From NCBI GenBank assembly GCA_946965045.2, contig OX337240.1, positions 248,001-312,000 on the forward strand: DNA of 64,000 bases. Direction: 5' to 3'. Below, one piece after another: positions 1-11,434 of the stretch. A program made the translations under genes and the position numbers. The stretch comes from Epithemia pelagica (lineage: Eukaryota; Protista; Bacillariophyta). Every line of letters starts with the position of its first letter. The first letter of the stretch is position 1. The notes under the pieces are model-generated. The model had not been told where the DNA came from. It did not search any database and was given only the letters and a program-made list of their open reading frames with translations.

Positions 1-3000
1 CGATGGGGCTTCCTTTTCCTCCATTTCCGTCTCTCTGGCCTCGGCCAGTGTCGCCACGGGAACTCCCCCACGCACCACCACCACGACAAGTCCCTCTTCG
101 CCACGCGGCGTGGTTCATCATGCGACGACAGCCTCGACGCGCAGTACCCGCACGACGCATTCGTCCACGACCAAACGACCCGATACTCCCACCCCGAGCG
201 ATGCCCATCCCTTTACCAAGGCGACCCAGGAACTGCCCTCGTTGGAAAAAGCATGGGCCTGTACGTATACCCCTTGTTTTGTTTCATACAATGCAGTTAC
301 AATGCATTGGGATCCTCACAGTTGTGGACTTTTCTTGTCGTGTGTTGTTCTTGTTCTTGTGGTTGTGGTTCTTGTTCTTGTGGTTGTGGTTGTGGTTCTA
401 CGACACCATAGACTTTGAACATGTCGCCTTGGCTCGTTACATTGTGTCACCCTCGTCTTCGACAAGTAAAAATGCCTCGTGTTGCAATAATAAAAGTGCT
501 GGCTTGGATCGGGCCGATGCCAATGAACATTACTTACCGACCAAATTGTATTCGCCCTGGTGGTGTGCCACACCGCATGCCCAATTGGGCGATTGGGGCT
601 TGGGTATGGGCCTGTACTTTTCGGCCGTGCGGGCCATTGGCATTCTCATGTTGTTGGTGGGCCTATTGAATTGGCCCAATTTGCAATACTATGCCAGCAG
701 CGACTATCACAATCCATCCAATACAGCCCAAGCAGAGGATGCCTATGAGTCGTTGCGACCCGTCTTGCAAGGATCGGCCATTTGTACCGATACCACCTGG
801 GTGCCCTGTCCCGATTGTACCTCCACCTACTTTGCCAGTGACCGATTGGTCACCACCGCCACCAAGGTGGGTGGCGCCAATGGATCGATGCAAACCACGA
901 CGTTTGCCTTGCGCAACAATTGTGTGGCCATTGATAGCGTAGGGGAAACGGGAGTGTCCAATTACTTGACCTTGCTGCTCATTGTCGTGGGCCTCTACCT
1001 CGTCAACAAGTACTTGTCTGCCATGGAAATTACCTTTGATGAAGATGAACAAACGGCGCAAGATTATTCCATTGTCGTCAAGAATCCACCCGGCAATGCC
1101 ACGGATCCCAAGGAATGGCAAGACTATTTTGAACAAGAAGCCTTTTTTACGCACGAAAATCATTCATCCTTGGACGACCAAGACGACGACAAGGACGACG
1201 ACGAAGAACAACCGCAGTCGGATGAAGGCGAAACTCGTCCCACTCGTCGTAAACCACGTGGTCACAGTCGTCACCGTCCGCGTCGTCCGCATGTCACGGC
1301 TTGTACCATTGCCGTGGACAATGACTTGTTGGTCCGATGCCTCGTCGAACGCCGGGAAGTGTTGCGTCGTTTGGAATTCTTGGTCGATCCGGGCACAGCC
1401 CTGGATTCCTTGACCTTGGCCCGTGTCGCGGCCAAACTGGAACGCCATCGTACCGTCTTGCAATCCTTGTGGGCCCACGTGATTTGGCCCGGCATTCCCG
1501 AATACTTTGCCCGTCTCGTCGTCTTGACGGCCAAAATTCAAGGTCTGGCCCAACAGGCGTACCCGGCCACCAAAATTTTTGTCACGTTGGAAACCGAGGC
1601 CTCGCAACGCGCCATTTTGTCCGCCTTGACCGTGGGGAAACATCATGTCAAGCGCAACAACTCGGCCGCCTTGCCTTCCAGCAACAGTCCGCAAATGAAC
1701 AATCCCTTCTTGTTTCGGGGCAAACAAGTGTTGCATGTCAAGGAACCGGATGAACCCAATACCATTCGATGGCAAGATTTGAATGAAACCACGTGGAATC
1801 GAATCAAACAACAAGGCATTACCACCTTGGTATCCTTGGGTCTCATTATTCTCAATGCCTTTGTCATTGGTAAGGTCCACGATAGTTCCATTGTCGCCTC
1901 GGCCTTTTTGGTGGCCTTGACCAATGTGCTGTTCCCCACCTTGGCCAAGTTCATGACCTCGTTTGAAAAGCACGCGTCCGAGGGAAGCAAACAACGATCC
2001 CTCTATTTCAAGATTGCCGCCTTTCGCTTTGTCAATACGGCCGTCCATGTCTCCATTATTACACCCTTTACCAAAACCTTGGATGAAGATGGCGGGACCA
2101 TTCCTCATGTGTATGCACTCTTTTTTGCCGATATTGTCACCTCCAATGGGATTCAACTGGCTGGTACGTACCACAGAATGACCTAACATGATGTCATTTG
2201 GTTCTACTCGTTCTCATGATGTATTCTCTTTTGTGTTGCGTTTTTCACGACATTGTGATGCACAGACTTTGGCGGTCATTTCAAGCGTCATTTCCTCGCT
2301 CCTCGGGCCAAGAACCAAGATGCCATGAACACGTGTATGCAGGGAGCGGAATTCGAATTGGCGGAACGATACACCAACATGACCAAACTCTTGCTCTTGG
2401 CCTTGTGGTACTATACCATTTATCCTGCCGCTCTCTTTTTGTGTTCAGTGGCCCTCTTGATTACCTACTTTACCGACAAGTTTAGTTTGATGCGCACCTG
2501 GAAACGCGCCCCTCATTTGGGTACCAAAATGGCCAAGTTTAGTCGCAATTACTTTTTCCCCTTGACTGTCGTGGTCATGGCGGTACTGGCCTCGTATTAT
2601 TGGTCCGGATTCCCCTTTGACAATTTGTGCGCCCAAGATTCGACGGTGGATTCTGAAGTGGTGGGAACCTGGCTCCTGCAACCCACCACCGACAGCAACA
2701 GTGATGCCTCGTCCTCTTCTTCCGATACCATTGTCCGAGTCCAGGAGACGGACCAAGCCTATCGATTTTGTCTCCAAAACTTTTGGGAATACGACCGCGA
2801 CGAGAGCAGGTTCCCCTTTATTGCCGAATTTCAACGGGACGATGGAGAATGGATGACAGACGATCAGGAAACCATGACACGTCTTTGGGGATGGACGTCG
2901 ATTGCCGTCATTGTGTTGGTCTTGCTCAAAATTGGACATGCCCGCATCCGTGCCCTGGTCCATCAGTTTCGCGGACGGTACAAACCCGTGGGGGACAATC

Positions 3001-3353
3001 AAAACATTAACTTCAGTGAAGTTCCCTCCACAACCTTGTACACACCGCAAGTGCAGTCGTCCGTCTTTTCGTACCCCCTGTTGGCGTACAAGGTCAAGGG
3101 CATTGATCCGGAAAAGATTGGTGGTACCGATCCCGATCGGCCATTGGATTACTACGATCTCACCAAAGATGCAGATGTGCTGCTTCATGGAACCGACGTG
3201 TCGTCGAAAACAGTGTTTTCACGAGTGTTTCATTGGCCTCCACCATTGGATGAGGACGACGACGATGATGACGATGACGATGATGATGAATGGGGCAAGG
3301 AGGAGGAGGACGATCGCCATGCGGCTGGTATTGGGGAGACAACCATTCTCTAA
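1..3353 (+). CDS. OSCA/CSC1/TMEM63-like ion channel, 5'-partial; exons <1-260, 412-2163, 2266-3353
   Basis: GTACGT...AG introns at 261-411 and 2164-2265 join the frames as LEKAWA-Y-FEHVALARY and GIQLA-D-FGGHFKRHF. Multi-TM protein with DYSIVVKNPP, IFVTLETE, EPDEPNTIRWQDL and AERYTNMTK..LWY motifs typical of OSCA/TMEM63-related channels. Confidence 0.8.
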
Positions 3354-3779
3354 GAGTATGATTGGTTGCCGCGATCTATCCTGTAGTTGTTCGTGTGTCA
3401 AGCTGTTATTGGTTGCTGATTGTTATTGTCGCGTACACGAATCTAGTTTCAAGAAAAAAGTGTAATGAATACTATACTGCATGTGTTTCTTTCGAAATCT
3501 AGTTTGACCCAAAGATGTTCTCGAGAGACTTCTACCTCTATGCGTATTACTCCTCTAGTTTAGTTCCATCTTCCAACGTCATCCGTAGAAACCTCTAGGT
3601 CGCTTTTGAATCACGCCCTTTGGGCAAGCCCCTGCTGGAAGCCCAATGTTTCGGATACGAACGGAAACGAATGTTATGATAGCAACAGCAGTCGAAGCAG
3701 TCGTACCTCGTTGGATTGGTGGTTGTTTCCCTTGACAAACTTGTCCTCGTCCTCGCACCATTCGACCAACAGTACTACA

Positions 3780-5108
3780 ATGAATGATGAGGAAGGTACT
3801 CCGTCTCTGACATCCCTGCCCAGATCTTCTTTTTCTTCTTATTCATCATCATCATCATCGTCTTCTTCTTCTTCTTCTTTGTTGCGCCGTGAATGTCGCC
3901 GTCGCGTTCGATTCAATGAACGGTACAATCAAGAATACGATCCACCCACACATTGGTTCCAGGACAGTACTGTGCGTGAGGACCGTACCAAGGAGGAGGA
4001 AAAGGAGGAACGCAACGACGACAACAGCCCCTCCTTGGCCTCTGTGCAATGGTACGAACGATCGGATTATCAAGCCTTTCGTCTGGAACGACGACGGGAT
4101 ATTGTGCACGCCCAAAAACAATTTCAATTGGCCTTTTTGCAATTTCAAAAACTCCAACAAGAGCAACGAGAACAACGCAAACAAGAACGACGACAACGGC
4201 GACGTCGTCATCGTGATGAGGATGGTGTGTCCAGAAACAACGATATGACGACAGAGGTGGAGGAGGACCACCACAAGACTGCGAGTAACCTGGATTGGTC
4301 GCAATTGCAATTTCATGCCTGTGCCACACAATTGCAACGCTTGTATCACGAAGCCTCTCGCATTGACTTTGTCTTGGACAGTGCCCAACCCTTGTGGGAA
4401 GAATCGTGCCACGACAATCCCTACACGTCCCCATTATCCTCGCAGCAGCAGCAGCAGCAGCAGCAAGCACGGGTCGCAGAGTCGGAGGCCTCCAACACGG
4501 CAAAACCACAAGAACAAGAAGAAAAACAAGAACAAGAAGAAGCGCCCGTATGGTGGGAACGATTTTTGGGATTGGAAGTCATGGTCTTGGCCAACATTAA
4601 ACAAGACGTGTTGCATCGACGAGAAATGATTGGTCAAGTGGTGGCCGAAATTCAAGAAGAATACAAACAAGGCTTGTGGACCACATCTCCTTCTTCTTCT
4701 TGTGCTACTACTGCTGCGGTTGCAAGTCCATTTGTCATTAAGTCCGTGGAGGACCACACGCAAGACGGACAAGACAAGGAACAGGAAGTCGATGAAGACG
4801 AAGAAGAAGATGCCACATCTGTCTCATCGTCCTCATCCGAGGATGACATGGCTGGACTGGTCCTTGGCAGCAACAACACTTGCAACAGCAGTGGTTGTAC
4901 CATTCCTACAACCAATCTCTCGGGTCATTCGTTGACCAGCTTTTCGTCGTCCACCGTGCTATTGGAGGACGAGGAGGACGACGACGATGACGACAGTCTT
5001 CTTCTCGATGACTATCGTACCGAACTACGAGATTCGTGCTGCAACTATTCTCAAGCCTGCAACTTGTTTGCCCAGCTCGTGGCGACGATGCAGTATCAAA
5101 GCTACTAA
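3780..5108 (+). CDS. Low-complexity hypothetical protein with RRVRF and QWYERSDY motifs
   Basis: Long open frame (ORF 3606-5108; first plausible ATG 3780), S/E/Q/D-rich. The RVRF...WY..DY..F pattern is common in diatom hypothetical proteins. Confidence 0.65.
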   Translation: MNDEEGTPSLTSLPRSSFSSYSSSSSSSSSSSSLLRRECRRRVRFNERYNQEYDPPTHWFQDSTVREDRTKEEEKEERNDDNSPSLASVQWYERSDYQAFRLERRRDIVHAQKQFQLAFLQFQKLQQEQREQRKQERRQRRRRHRDEDGVSRNNDMTTEVEEDHHKTASNLDWSQLQFHACATQLQRLYHEASRIDFVLDSAQPLWEESCHDNPYTSPLSSQQQQQQQQARVAESEASNTAKPQEQEEKQEQEEAPVWWERFLGLEVMVLANIKQDVLHRREMIGQVVAEIQEEYKQGLWTTSPSSSCATTAAVASPFVIKSVEDHTQDGQDKEQEVDEDEEEDATSVSSSSSEDDMAGLVLGSNNTCNSSGCTIPTTNLSGHSLTSFSSSTVLLEDEEDDDDDDSLLLDDYRTELRDSCCNYSQACNLFAQLVATMQYQSY

Positions 5109-5339
5109 ATGCCTGCTCCAGGAGCTGGCAAGAGAAAAATGCTCTGTCTAAAGTCATGACCATGCTGGGTTGTGAAGTTAAATAGAAATGATTAATATGC
5201 TATTATCAGACGCCTATAAATGCAACGAAACGAATATCACAGAGTGGAGGCCAATCAATGCTGGTCACCAAAGAAAGGTATTCAGATAAACTGTGTTGGG
5301 TTCTTGTCCTTGTTCTCTTGCATTTGGATAATTGCTCAG

Positions 5340-6386
5340 CTAATTTTGGTACTCATCGCAAACCTTGGATTTCTTTTTCTTGGATTTCTTGCTCTTTTTT
5401 TCCTTTCCGGCAATTTGAATGTTGCGAAAAGCCACTGCCGACTCTCCATCCATTGCACCAGACAAGGTGAGGGTCAACGTATATCCATGAACACCAGCCA
5501 ATGGAGCCTGCAAGGTTCGAAAGTTGTCATCCAAGACAACTCCATTAAAAGCCATGGGGTCGATAAGAACGACAATATCATCATCATCCATTTGGTAAGT
5601 GTTAGTTGGGCGAGCGCCGGCACTTGTGCTCTCAACGACTGAGCTCTGAAATACAGCCTCATTTGCCCCACCGTCCACACTATAGCTCCAAGTCCACTGG
5701 TCATCATCCTCATTAAAATTTCCCATGGCGGCCATGTCAATGGCTAATACCAAATCGGAGTAGCCGTAAATGTCAAATTCCCAAGTGGCCATGCACGTTC
5801 CATCCGGTAGAGGATCCATAGCACCAATGGGGGCTTCATTCCGATCATTCACAGTATCGACAATGCCAAAGAATCGATCCGTCCCCAAGGTATTGGTGGA
5901 ATCAATAATGCCTTGATTGTCCCCTTCAAACGGATCTTCTTGTCCGTTACGGGAAACGTCCACAACAGAATCATCGGCCAATGCAAAGGGAACTCCAACA
6001 GTTTGTGGCCATTTACCAACAGAACCAATTCCACACCAATCGCCAGGTCGCCAATTGGCGGCCACCTGCTCTTGATCGTCACCAGCAGCAGTCAAGAGCG
6101 TGTATCTGTCCAAATTCAAATATTCAGCACCAACAAGATCAAATGCGATCACATAGCTTCCATGAGGAGGAAATGGGAGGGAGGCCATGGTAACTGTTGA
6201 TAGGACAGTTGTAGTGATTATGTTTGGATGCGGTAACAAGGCTCGTTTCCGCCAGTGGGTTCTTGCGCTGTGTTGAATTTTCCAAAAAGTGAGCAAGGGT
6301 GTGCATGCCGAAAGCAGTCGCGCAACGATGGTGCGGTGAGCGTGACTCGGGATTGGCGAGAGATACATAGAGCTTCCAGCGCACAC
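5340..6386 (-). CDS. Stand-alone copy of the ExeM N-terminal accessory domain with Lys-rich tail
   Basis: Clear paralogy to the protein encoded at 13300-14015 (FPPxGS..xDLVGA..LNL, WxPGDWCG, ALADDS, QGIIDSTNT..DRFF..VDT.N, LAxDxAAMGxF). Ends GKEKKSKKSKKKKSK. True start uncertain (internal ATG at 6188). Confidence 0.75.
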   Translation of the reverse strand: MCAGSSMYLSPIPSHAHRTIVARLLSACTPLLTFWKIQHSARTHWRKRALLPHPNIITTTVLSTVTMASLPFPPHGSYVIAFDLVGAEYLNLDRYTLLTAAGDDQEQVAANWRPGDWCGIGSVGKWPQTVGVPFALADDSVVDVSRNGQEDPFEGDNQGIIDSTNTLGTDRFFGIVDTVNDRNEAPIGAMDPLPDGTCMATWEFDIYGYSDLVLAIDMAAMGNFNEDDDQWTWSYSVDGGANEAVFQSSVVESTSAGARPTNTYQMDDDDIVVLIDPMAFNGVVLDDNFRTLQAPLAGVHGYTLTLTLSGAMDGESAVAFRNIQIAGKEKKSKKSKKKKSKVCDEYQN

Positions 6387-7853
6387 GTCGTGATAGCGAT
6401 CGCTATTGGACCTCGCTATTGGACCTAGCTAGAGGATGGTACCACGAAAGGCCTCCTAAGAAAATAATGATTAAATAGGTGTCCGATACAGATGTCTTCT
6501 CGCTGTTGCACTGTTTGTTACAACAACAACGACTAAGGAACTGGATTCTATAACGTCTGGGGGTTGCAAGTATTTTTCCTGTGACTTCTCATAATTCCTC
6601 TCGAGTGGTTCTTTGCTCATGCGTATGTGGTGTCATGCCTCGTATTCCCCCACTTCTATGACAGAAAAGGGTGAGTCAATCCTTGAGGGACAACTATGCT
6701 CGAGAGCAATATACCGGTGACAGCCAAAGGGCTTGCTAACGACATGGTCATTATGACACACAAACGAGGTTCCAACAGAAAAAGCAATGCATCAATCGAT
6801 GGCGAATGACGCAGCTGAACATCAAATTTCATGGAGTATTGGACACGGAAACTGGTTCGGCGTCATTCTTGAAAGGCTCTTCCCCCATCAACATGTGGTT
6901 CTCTTTGTTTTCCTTGGAATTGTCTCTACCGCTCACATTATCTTATCCTTTCCATCACCTTTATTTGTCCCTCCTGCGTCGTTGGTGGCATCGGAATGGG
7001 ATACCAAAATCTCATGTTCAAAAGATGCATCCCGTATTGTACCAGTTGCCGTAATACAACGTTTTCAAAGCAATACTAAGAGTTTCACGAAGATTTCGGT
7101 AGGAGGGGCCCCTCTGTGGTTCTGCACACGATCTTTTGCGGCGGTAGCAGCAGTAGCCGAGAACTGAACAGCCATTCACGGATTCTGTGTGTGGATTCCG
7201 TGTTATGATCGATTAGCGATTATTGCATCCCGAACTGGCATTGGTGCCAGATGAGACCGCTCCTCGTACTTGAAAGTGTTTCAGTGTTTAAGTGTGTACT
7301 TGCATCAAGATGGAGCACCATAGCAGGGAGGGAGCCATTTTTCTTTTGTGGCGATCGAATTCGGGAAAAGTGCGGTTTGTAGTGGTACCCTCGTCCGGCT
7401 CGTTCTTCCGAAAGGAATGGGCATGCGTGCTCCGCCTAATGTACTTGTAGGTGACGGACAGACACACGGAACCACAGACACGGCGACCATGATGCCATTG
7501 ACTTGTCATATACTCTTTCGAAAGAGGGGACCTACAATGACATGACGGCACACCAACAAGGAATCGAGCTTTGACCCATCTACAACTGAATGGATTGTTC
7601 CCCAAAAGAACTCCCATCCGAAGAAACACACAGAGATTCCAGAAAAGCCATTCATGTCCCTCTTGTCTTTTCGCCAGCAGCAACATGTACTAGACCTGAC
7701 TGGTTTGCAGATTTCAAAATAACTACCTATTACATTCAAACCGATCGAGCACCTTTCCTTTCACTCGTTGGAGATACATAAAGGCCCTGGATGCTTTTTC
7801 CAGTTAAGTGTTTGCCGTTTTTCTTCGCCGTCCTTATCTCTTCTGTAGTAGTC

Positions 7854-8252
7854 TTAGTGGTACCATGATCCATACTTATTTTTTCCGTAAGAACTGTCAT
7901 CCTTCTTTCCCTCCTTCTTACCAGAGTCATCATCCTTCTTTCCCTCCTTCTTGCCAGAGTCATCATCCTTCTTTCCTTGCTTCTTTTCCTTCTTGCCCGA
8001 AGAATCACGTGGTTTCAAGACTGGAGCGGGTGTGGGCTTTACCACTGGAGCTCGTGTGGGTGGGACCACCGTTCGGGTGGGTGACATGGTCGGCGCGACG
8101 GGCGCGGGTGTCACAACCTCTGGCACAAAGGAGACAATGGCAATAATGGGACTGTGATCCGAATGACGGGCCGGAGACGATCCATCGAAAATAGTCTTGT
8201 CGCGACCAAAGTCAAAATTGTAGTCGAGCGCACTCGCCTCGTCTTCGTTAAT
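7854..8252 (-). pseudogene. 3' part of ExeM/NucH nuclease gene, cut off by the Harbinger insertion
   Basis: Reads INEDEASALDYNFDFGRDKTIFDGSSPARHSDHSPII (EEP/ExeM C-terminal SDH motif), then a P/T-rich linker and (DDDSGKKEGKK)n, ending GSWYH*. In frame with GTWH on the far side of the element once one TSD is removed. Confidence 0.85.
7896..7996. repeat. 33-bp coding tandem repeat (~3 copies) encoding DDDSGKKEGKK
   Basis: Unit ccagagtcatcatccttctttccctccttctt(a/g) read directly from the sequence. Confidence 0.85.
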
Positions 8253-8305
8253 GGGTCCTTACTGAAATGTTTTTATCATAAACATAACATAAAACATAAA
8301 CACAA
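8253..8305 (+). repeat. Harbinger left TIR
   Basis: gggtccttactgaaatgtttttatcataaacataacataaaacataaacacaa is the exact reverse complement of 11435-11487. Confidence 0.95.
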
Positions 8306-8465
8306 AGTTTTTGCCTCTTTATGTTATGTTTATGTTTATGACTGCTCATACCACTGAAACTCTTTGAAACATAAAACATAATAGCAAAACATAAAACATA
8401 ACAGCGGGAACACAAAAGGTCTGTCTTATATAATCTTCATTGCCGTATATAATCTTTGCTGAATT

Positions 8466-8482
8466 CCCCCCCCCCCCCCCCC
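8466..8482 (+). repeat. C17 homopolymer just upstream of the transposase ATG
   Basis: Direct reading. Confidence 0.85.
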
Positions 8483-8488
8483 ACCTCC

Positions 8489-9742
8489 ATGGTTTCGCCT
8501 TTGTTGGCATCAAATTGGCACTTGGCATCAAATATCGTGACCATGGACTACGACGACCTCATCCTCCTTCTCATCCTCCTAGAACTCGATGAGGACGAAG
8601 AAGCAGAACAGGAAGCTGCCCGAGAACGTGACGCCCTAATGAGAAACATCATTCCTAGGGCTGCGCTAATGGATCCCGATCGATCTCCATTTCGCTACTT
8701 GTACCGGAGTGGGAGGAACGACGCCCTCATTTGTCTGTGTGGCTTCGATTTTCCATCGTATCATAGGTTGTTGGCTATGTTCGCCCCGGTCTACAACGCA
8801 TGGACCCCATATCCACAATCTGCGTCCAATAGGGGCAATATGCGTAGGCTTCGACGTCGTCCTGGTAAACGTCGTGGTCGTCGTCGATTGTTGGATGCAA
8901 CAGCTTGTCTTGCTCTTGTCCTAGCATGGTCTAGGACGAGTGGAAGCATGAAAGCACTACAACTTATTTTCGGCATTACGGCAAATCCTTTGTCTGTGTG
9001 GTTGCGGTTTGGCCGTAGGATCGTAGTTGCCATGCTTCGGGATCATCCGGATGCGGCCGTACGAGAACCTACAAGTGAACAAATCACGGCCTACAAAATG
9101 GCGATTAGCGCCTTGTATCCGGATCTAGTCGATGTATGGGCTATGATGGACGGTCTCAAGCTACGCATTGAGATGACTGCGGTACGCCGTGAGATTCAAA
9201 ACATGTTCTATAATGGCTGGCATCACGACCATTTCGTCTCTAACCTTTTTCTCTTTACTCCGGACGGACTAATCCGGATGTGCTATCTAAACGCCCCTGG
9301 CACCTGGCACGATTCGTCGCTCGCAAATCGGTCAGGCATCTATGCCAGGGCGCAAACAATTCACGAACGAGAGCTAGAGAATGGTAATGGGGGTGCCAAG
9401 ATTGTGGCGGACTCAGCGTTTGGTGCGTGCACGTATCCGTGCCTAATCAAGTCTCATCAGTACAACATTGATCGGAACGGAAACGAGCGACTGCCACACG
9501 ACGTCTGGCGAGCCGCTGTTTCCGTTCGACAAGCATCGGAATGGGGAATGCGGGCTCTACAAGGATCCTTCCCTCGGTTGAAGGATCGCATTCACTATGA
9601 AGAAGTTGGTGAGAGAAAGATTATTCTATCGATGATAGTGCTACTGTGCAACTATCGTACGAGAACGGTCGGATTTAACCAAATCCGTACCACCTACATG
9701 CCTCATCTTGAAGAGAACGCAGCTAGATTTGCAAACATGTAA
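8489..9742 (+). CDS. Harbinger DDE (DDE_Tnp_4/HARBI1-like) transposase
   Basis: MMDGLKL, FYNGWHHDHFVSNLFLFTPDG, NAPGTWHDS, IVADSAF and RQASEWGMRALQGSFPRL motifs; uninterrupted ORF. Confidence 0.92.
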   Translation: MVSPLLASNWHLASNIVTMDYDDLILLLILLELDEDEEAEQEAARERDALMRNIIPRAALMDPDRSPFRYLYRSGRNDALICLCGFDFPSYHRLLAMFAPVYNAWTPYPQSASNRGNMRRLRRRPGKRRGRRRLLDATACLALVLAWSRTSGSMKALQLIFGITANPLSVWLRFGRRIVVAMLRDHPDAAVREPTSEQITAYKMAISALYPDLVDVWAMMDGLKLRIEMTAVRREIQNMFYNGWHHDHFVSNLFLFTPDGLIRMCYLNAPGTWHDSSLANRSGIYARAQTIHERELENGNGGAKIVADSAFGACTYPCLIKSHQYNIDRNGNERLPHDVWRAAVSVRQASEWGMRALQGSFPRLKDRIHYEEVGERKIILSMIVLLCNYRTRTVGFNQIRTTYMPHLEENAARFANM

Positions 9743-9760
9743 TCCTATAGTTGTCTTATA

Positions 9761-11128
9761 CTAGTTTTCGTTGTCATAGTCGTCGTACTCGTTGTTCGTA
9801 TGGTCATTGTTCATGTGGTCGTTGTTTATGTGGTCGTTGTTGTTGTTGTTGTTGTTCATCATGCTCGCGGCCATCGCTCCCATGTCCCGACGGTTTCTGG
9901 ACATCATCATCATCATCATCATGAATTGTTGATTCGATTGCTGCTGTGCAGCGAGCGATGCTTGTTGCATCTGCTGCATCATTTGCATCTGTAGTTGAGA
10001 GTGTTCGCGTGCTTCTCGACGCTGGAGCTCGAAGCGCTCCTGACGCTCTTCCTCTTCTCGACGACGGTCGTTCTTGTCCGCGTCTTCTTTTGCAGCGCTC
10101 TTCTTCATGAGAGTCGCTAGCATCTCTTTGGTTGTTGATTTGGGCTCTCGTTTCTTACGAGAGTTGGTGACCCCAGGTGTTGTGAGGGGCTTTCCATCCT
10201 TGTCATCAACTTTGGGTGGGGTTTTTGTTGTTGTGATGTTGTGTTCTTCGGCCGTTGTCTCGTCCGCTTCCACTTCCTCTTCCGCTTCCTCTTCTTCTTC
10301 TTCTTCCTCGTCCTCACTGCCTTCAATGCCCAGCTCATCATCACCAGCCACCGTCCCTGACTGGCAGCGACGCTGGAGCCTCTCTTGAAGCTCCAGTGCC
10401 CGTTCAACGTATTTGGGCAAATCCGGATCTCCAGTGGGCGGCTTCATTCCGACGATCCCTCCAAACTTTCGCTTGAGCGACTCTAGATCGCGCTCCCGAC
10501 CATCTTCCACCAGTAAATTGAATCGGCGGGTCAACTCCTTCCATTCGTCCGGAGAAGTAGGCTCCAGGACTTCGTAGACGTCGAGAAGAATCTTGATGTC
10601 TTCTGAATTGTAGGTGGGCCCTTTGCTGCGTCCCAAGCCACCATTACCGCTCTTCTGCTTGTTAGGAGAGGATTGCACCGGGGCGGTCTTTTTCTTCTTC
10701 GTCGTTTTTGTTGTTTTCTTCGCCGTCGTAGGAGCGGCCTTGCGTTTTGCGGGTTGCTTCTTTTTCTTCTTCGACTCTGTTGCCTTCTTGTTCGAAACCG
10801 AAACCCGTTCCTTCTGTGTCGCTTTCGCCGCTTTCGTCGCCGCCGCTGCTGCTGCCGCTTTCGCCGCTTTGTTGGATTGTTGCAGCGCCGCAATCCGCGG
10901 GGACTGTCGTGATGAGGCAGGCGATGAAAGGATCGACGAATCTGAAGAAGCGTCGGATAGAGGGTTCATGTACCCTGGCGGCCTCTCCTTGTCTTTCTTC
11001 ATGATGGCTTGAGAAGGTTGTGGGTCTTGAGGAGGAGGAGGAGGAGGCATGAGGACGGTGGGATCAACATCCCTCGGGCGGAGCTCTGAGGGAGAGTCTT
11101 CGTCCGAGACATCCGAAAGCGTCGTCAT
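9761..11128 (-). CDS. Harbinger ORF2, Myb/SANT-like DNA-binding protein
   Basis: KGPTYNSEDIKILLDVYEVLEPTSPDEWKELTRRFN...RDLESLKRKF..KPPTGDP trihelix-like segment. Lys-rich region, acidic tract and Q/M/N-rich C-terminus. Lies between the TIRs. Confidence 0.85.
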   Translation of the reverse strand: MTTLSDVSDEDSPSELRPRDVDPTVLMPPPPPPQDPQPSQAIMKKDKERPPGYMNPLSDASSDSSILSSPASSRQSPRIAALQQSNKAAKAAAAAAATKAAKATQKERVSVSNKKATESKKKKKQPAKRKAAPTTAKKTTKTTKKKKTAPVQSSPNKQKSGNGGLGRSKGPTYNSEDIKILLDVYEVLEPTSPDEWKELTRRFNLLVEDGRERDLESLKRKFGGIVGMKPPTGDPDLPKYVERALELQERLQRRCQSGTVAGDDELGIEGSEDEEEEEEEEAEEEVEADETTAEEHNITTTKTPPKVDDKDGKPLTTPGVTNSRKKREPKSTTKEMLATLMKKSAAKEDADKNDRRREEEERQERFELQRREAREHSQLQMQMMQQMQQASLAAQQQSNQQFMMMMMMMSRNRRDMGAMAASMMNNNNNNNDHINNDHMNNDHTNNEYDDYDNEN

Positions 11129-11331
11129 CTTTTCGCGTCCAAAAGGGCAAAAGAACGAACAACGATCGATGAAGGGAGGCGGATAGCAAAATTACGATCA
11201 GGAGAAAGGATTCCTGGGGGGCAACCTTTATATAATATATATGTCTGTAGACCTATAAATGGCACGTCCGGCGTTAGGCATGCGTTGAGAATCTTTCGGA
11301 TGTGTTCGGATGTGTTATGTTTGAACACAAC

Positions 11332-11363
11332 GGTTATGAGGCATGAATTCATGCCTCATAACC
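11332..11363. promoter_or_regulatory. Perfect 32-bp palindrome in the Harbinger right subterminal region
   Basis: GGTTATGAGGCATGAATTCATGCCTCATAACC equals its own reverse complement. GGTTATGAG recurs at 11398 and 11409. Function is inferred. Confidence 0.6.
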
Positions 11364-11434
11364 AAGCGACAAATCATAAACTTAAACATAACCAATAGGT
11401 TATGAGCGGGTTATGAGCCCTACAAAAATTTGCG

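Noticed and set aside
1164-2189. 341-aa antisense ORF
   Set aside because: Shadow of the channel gene; no motifs.
6402-6427. 13-bp direct duplication gctattggacct(c)
   Set aside because: No element or inverted ends are associated; probably slippage.
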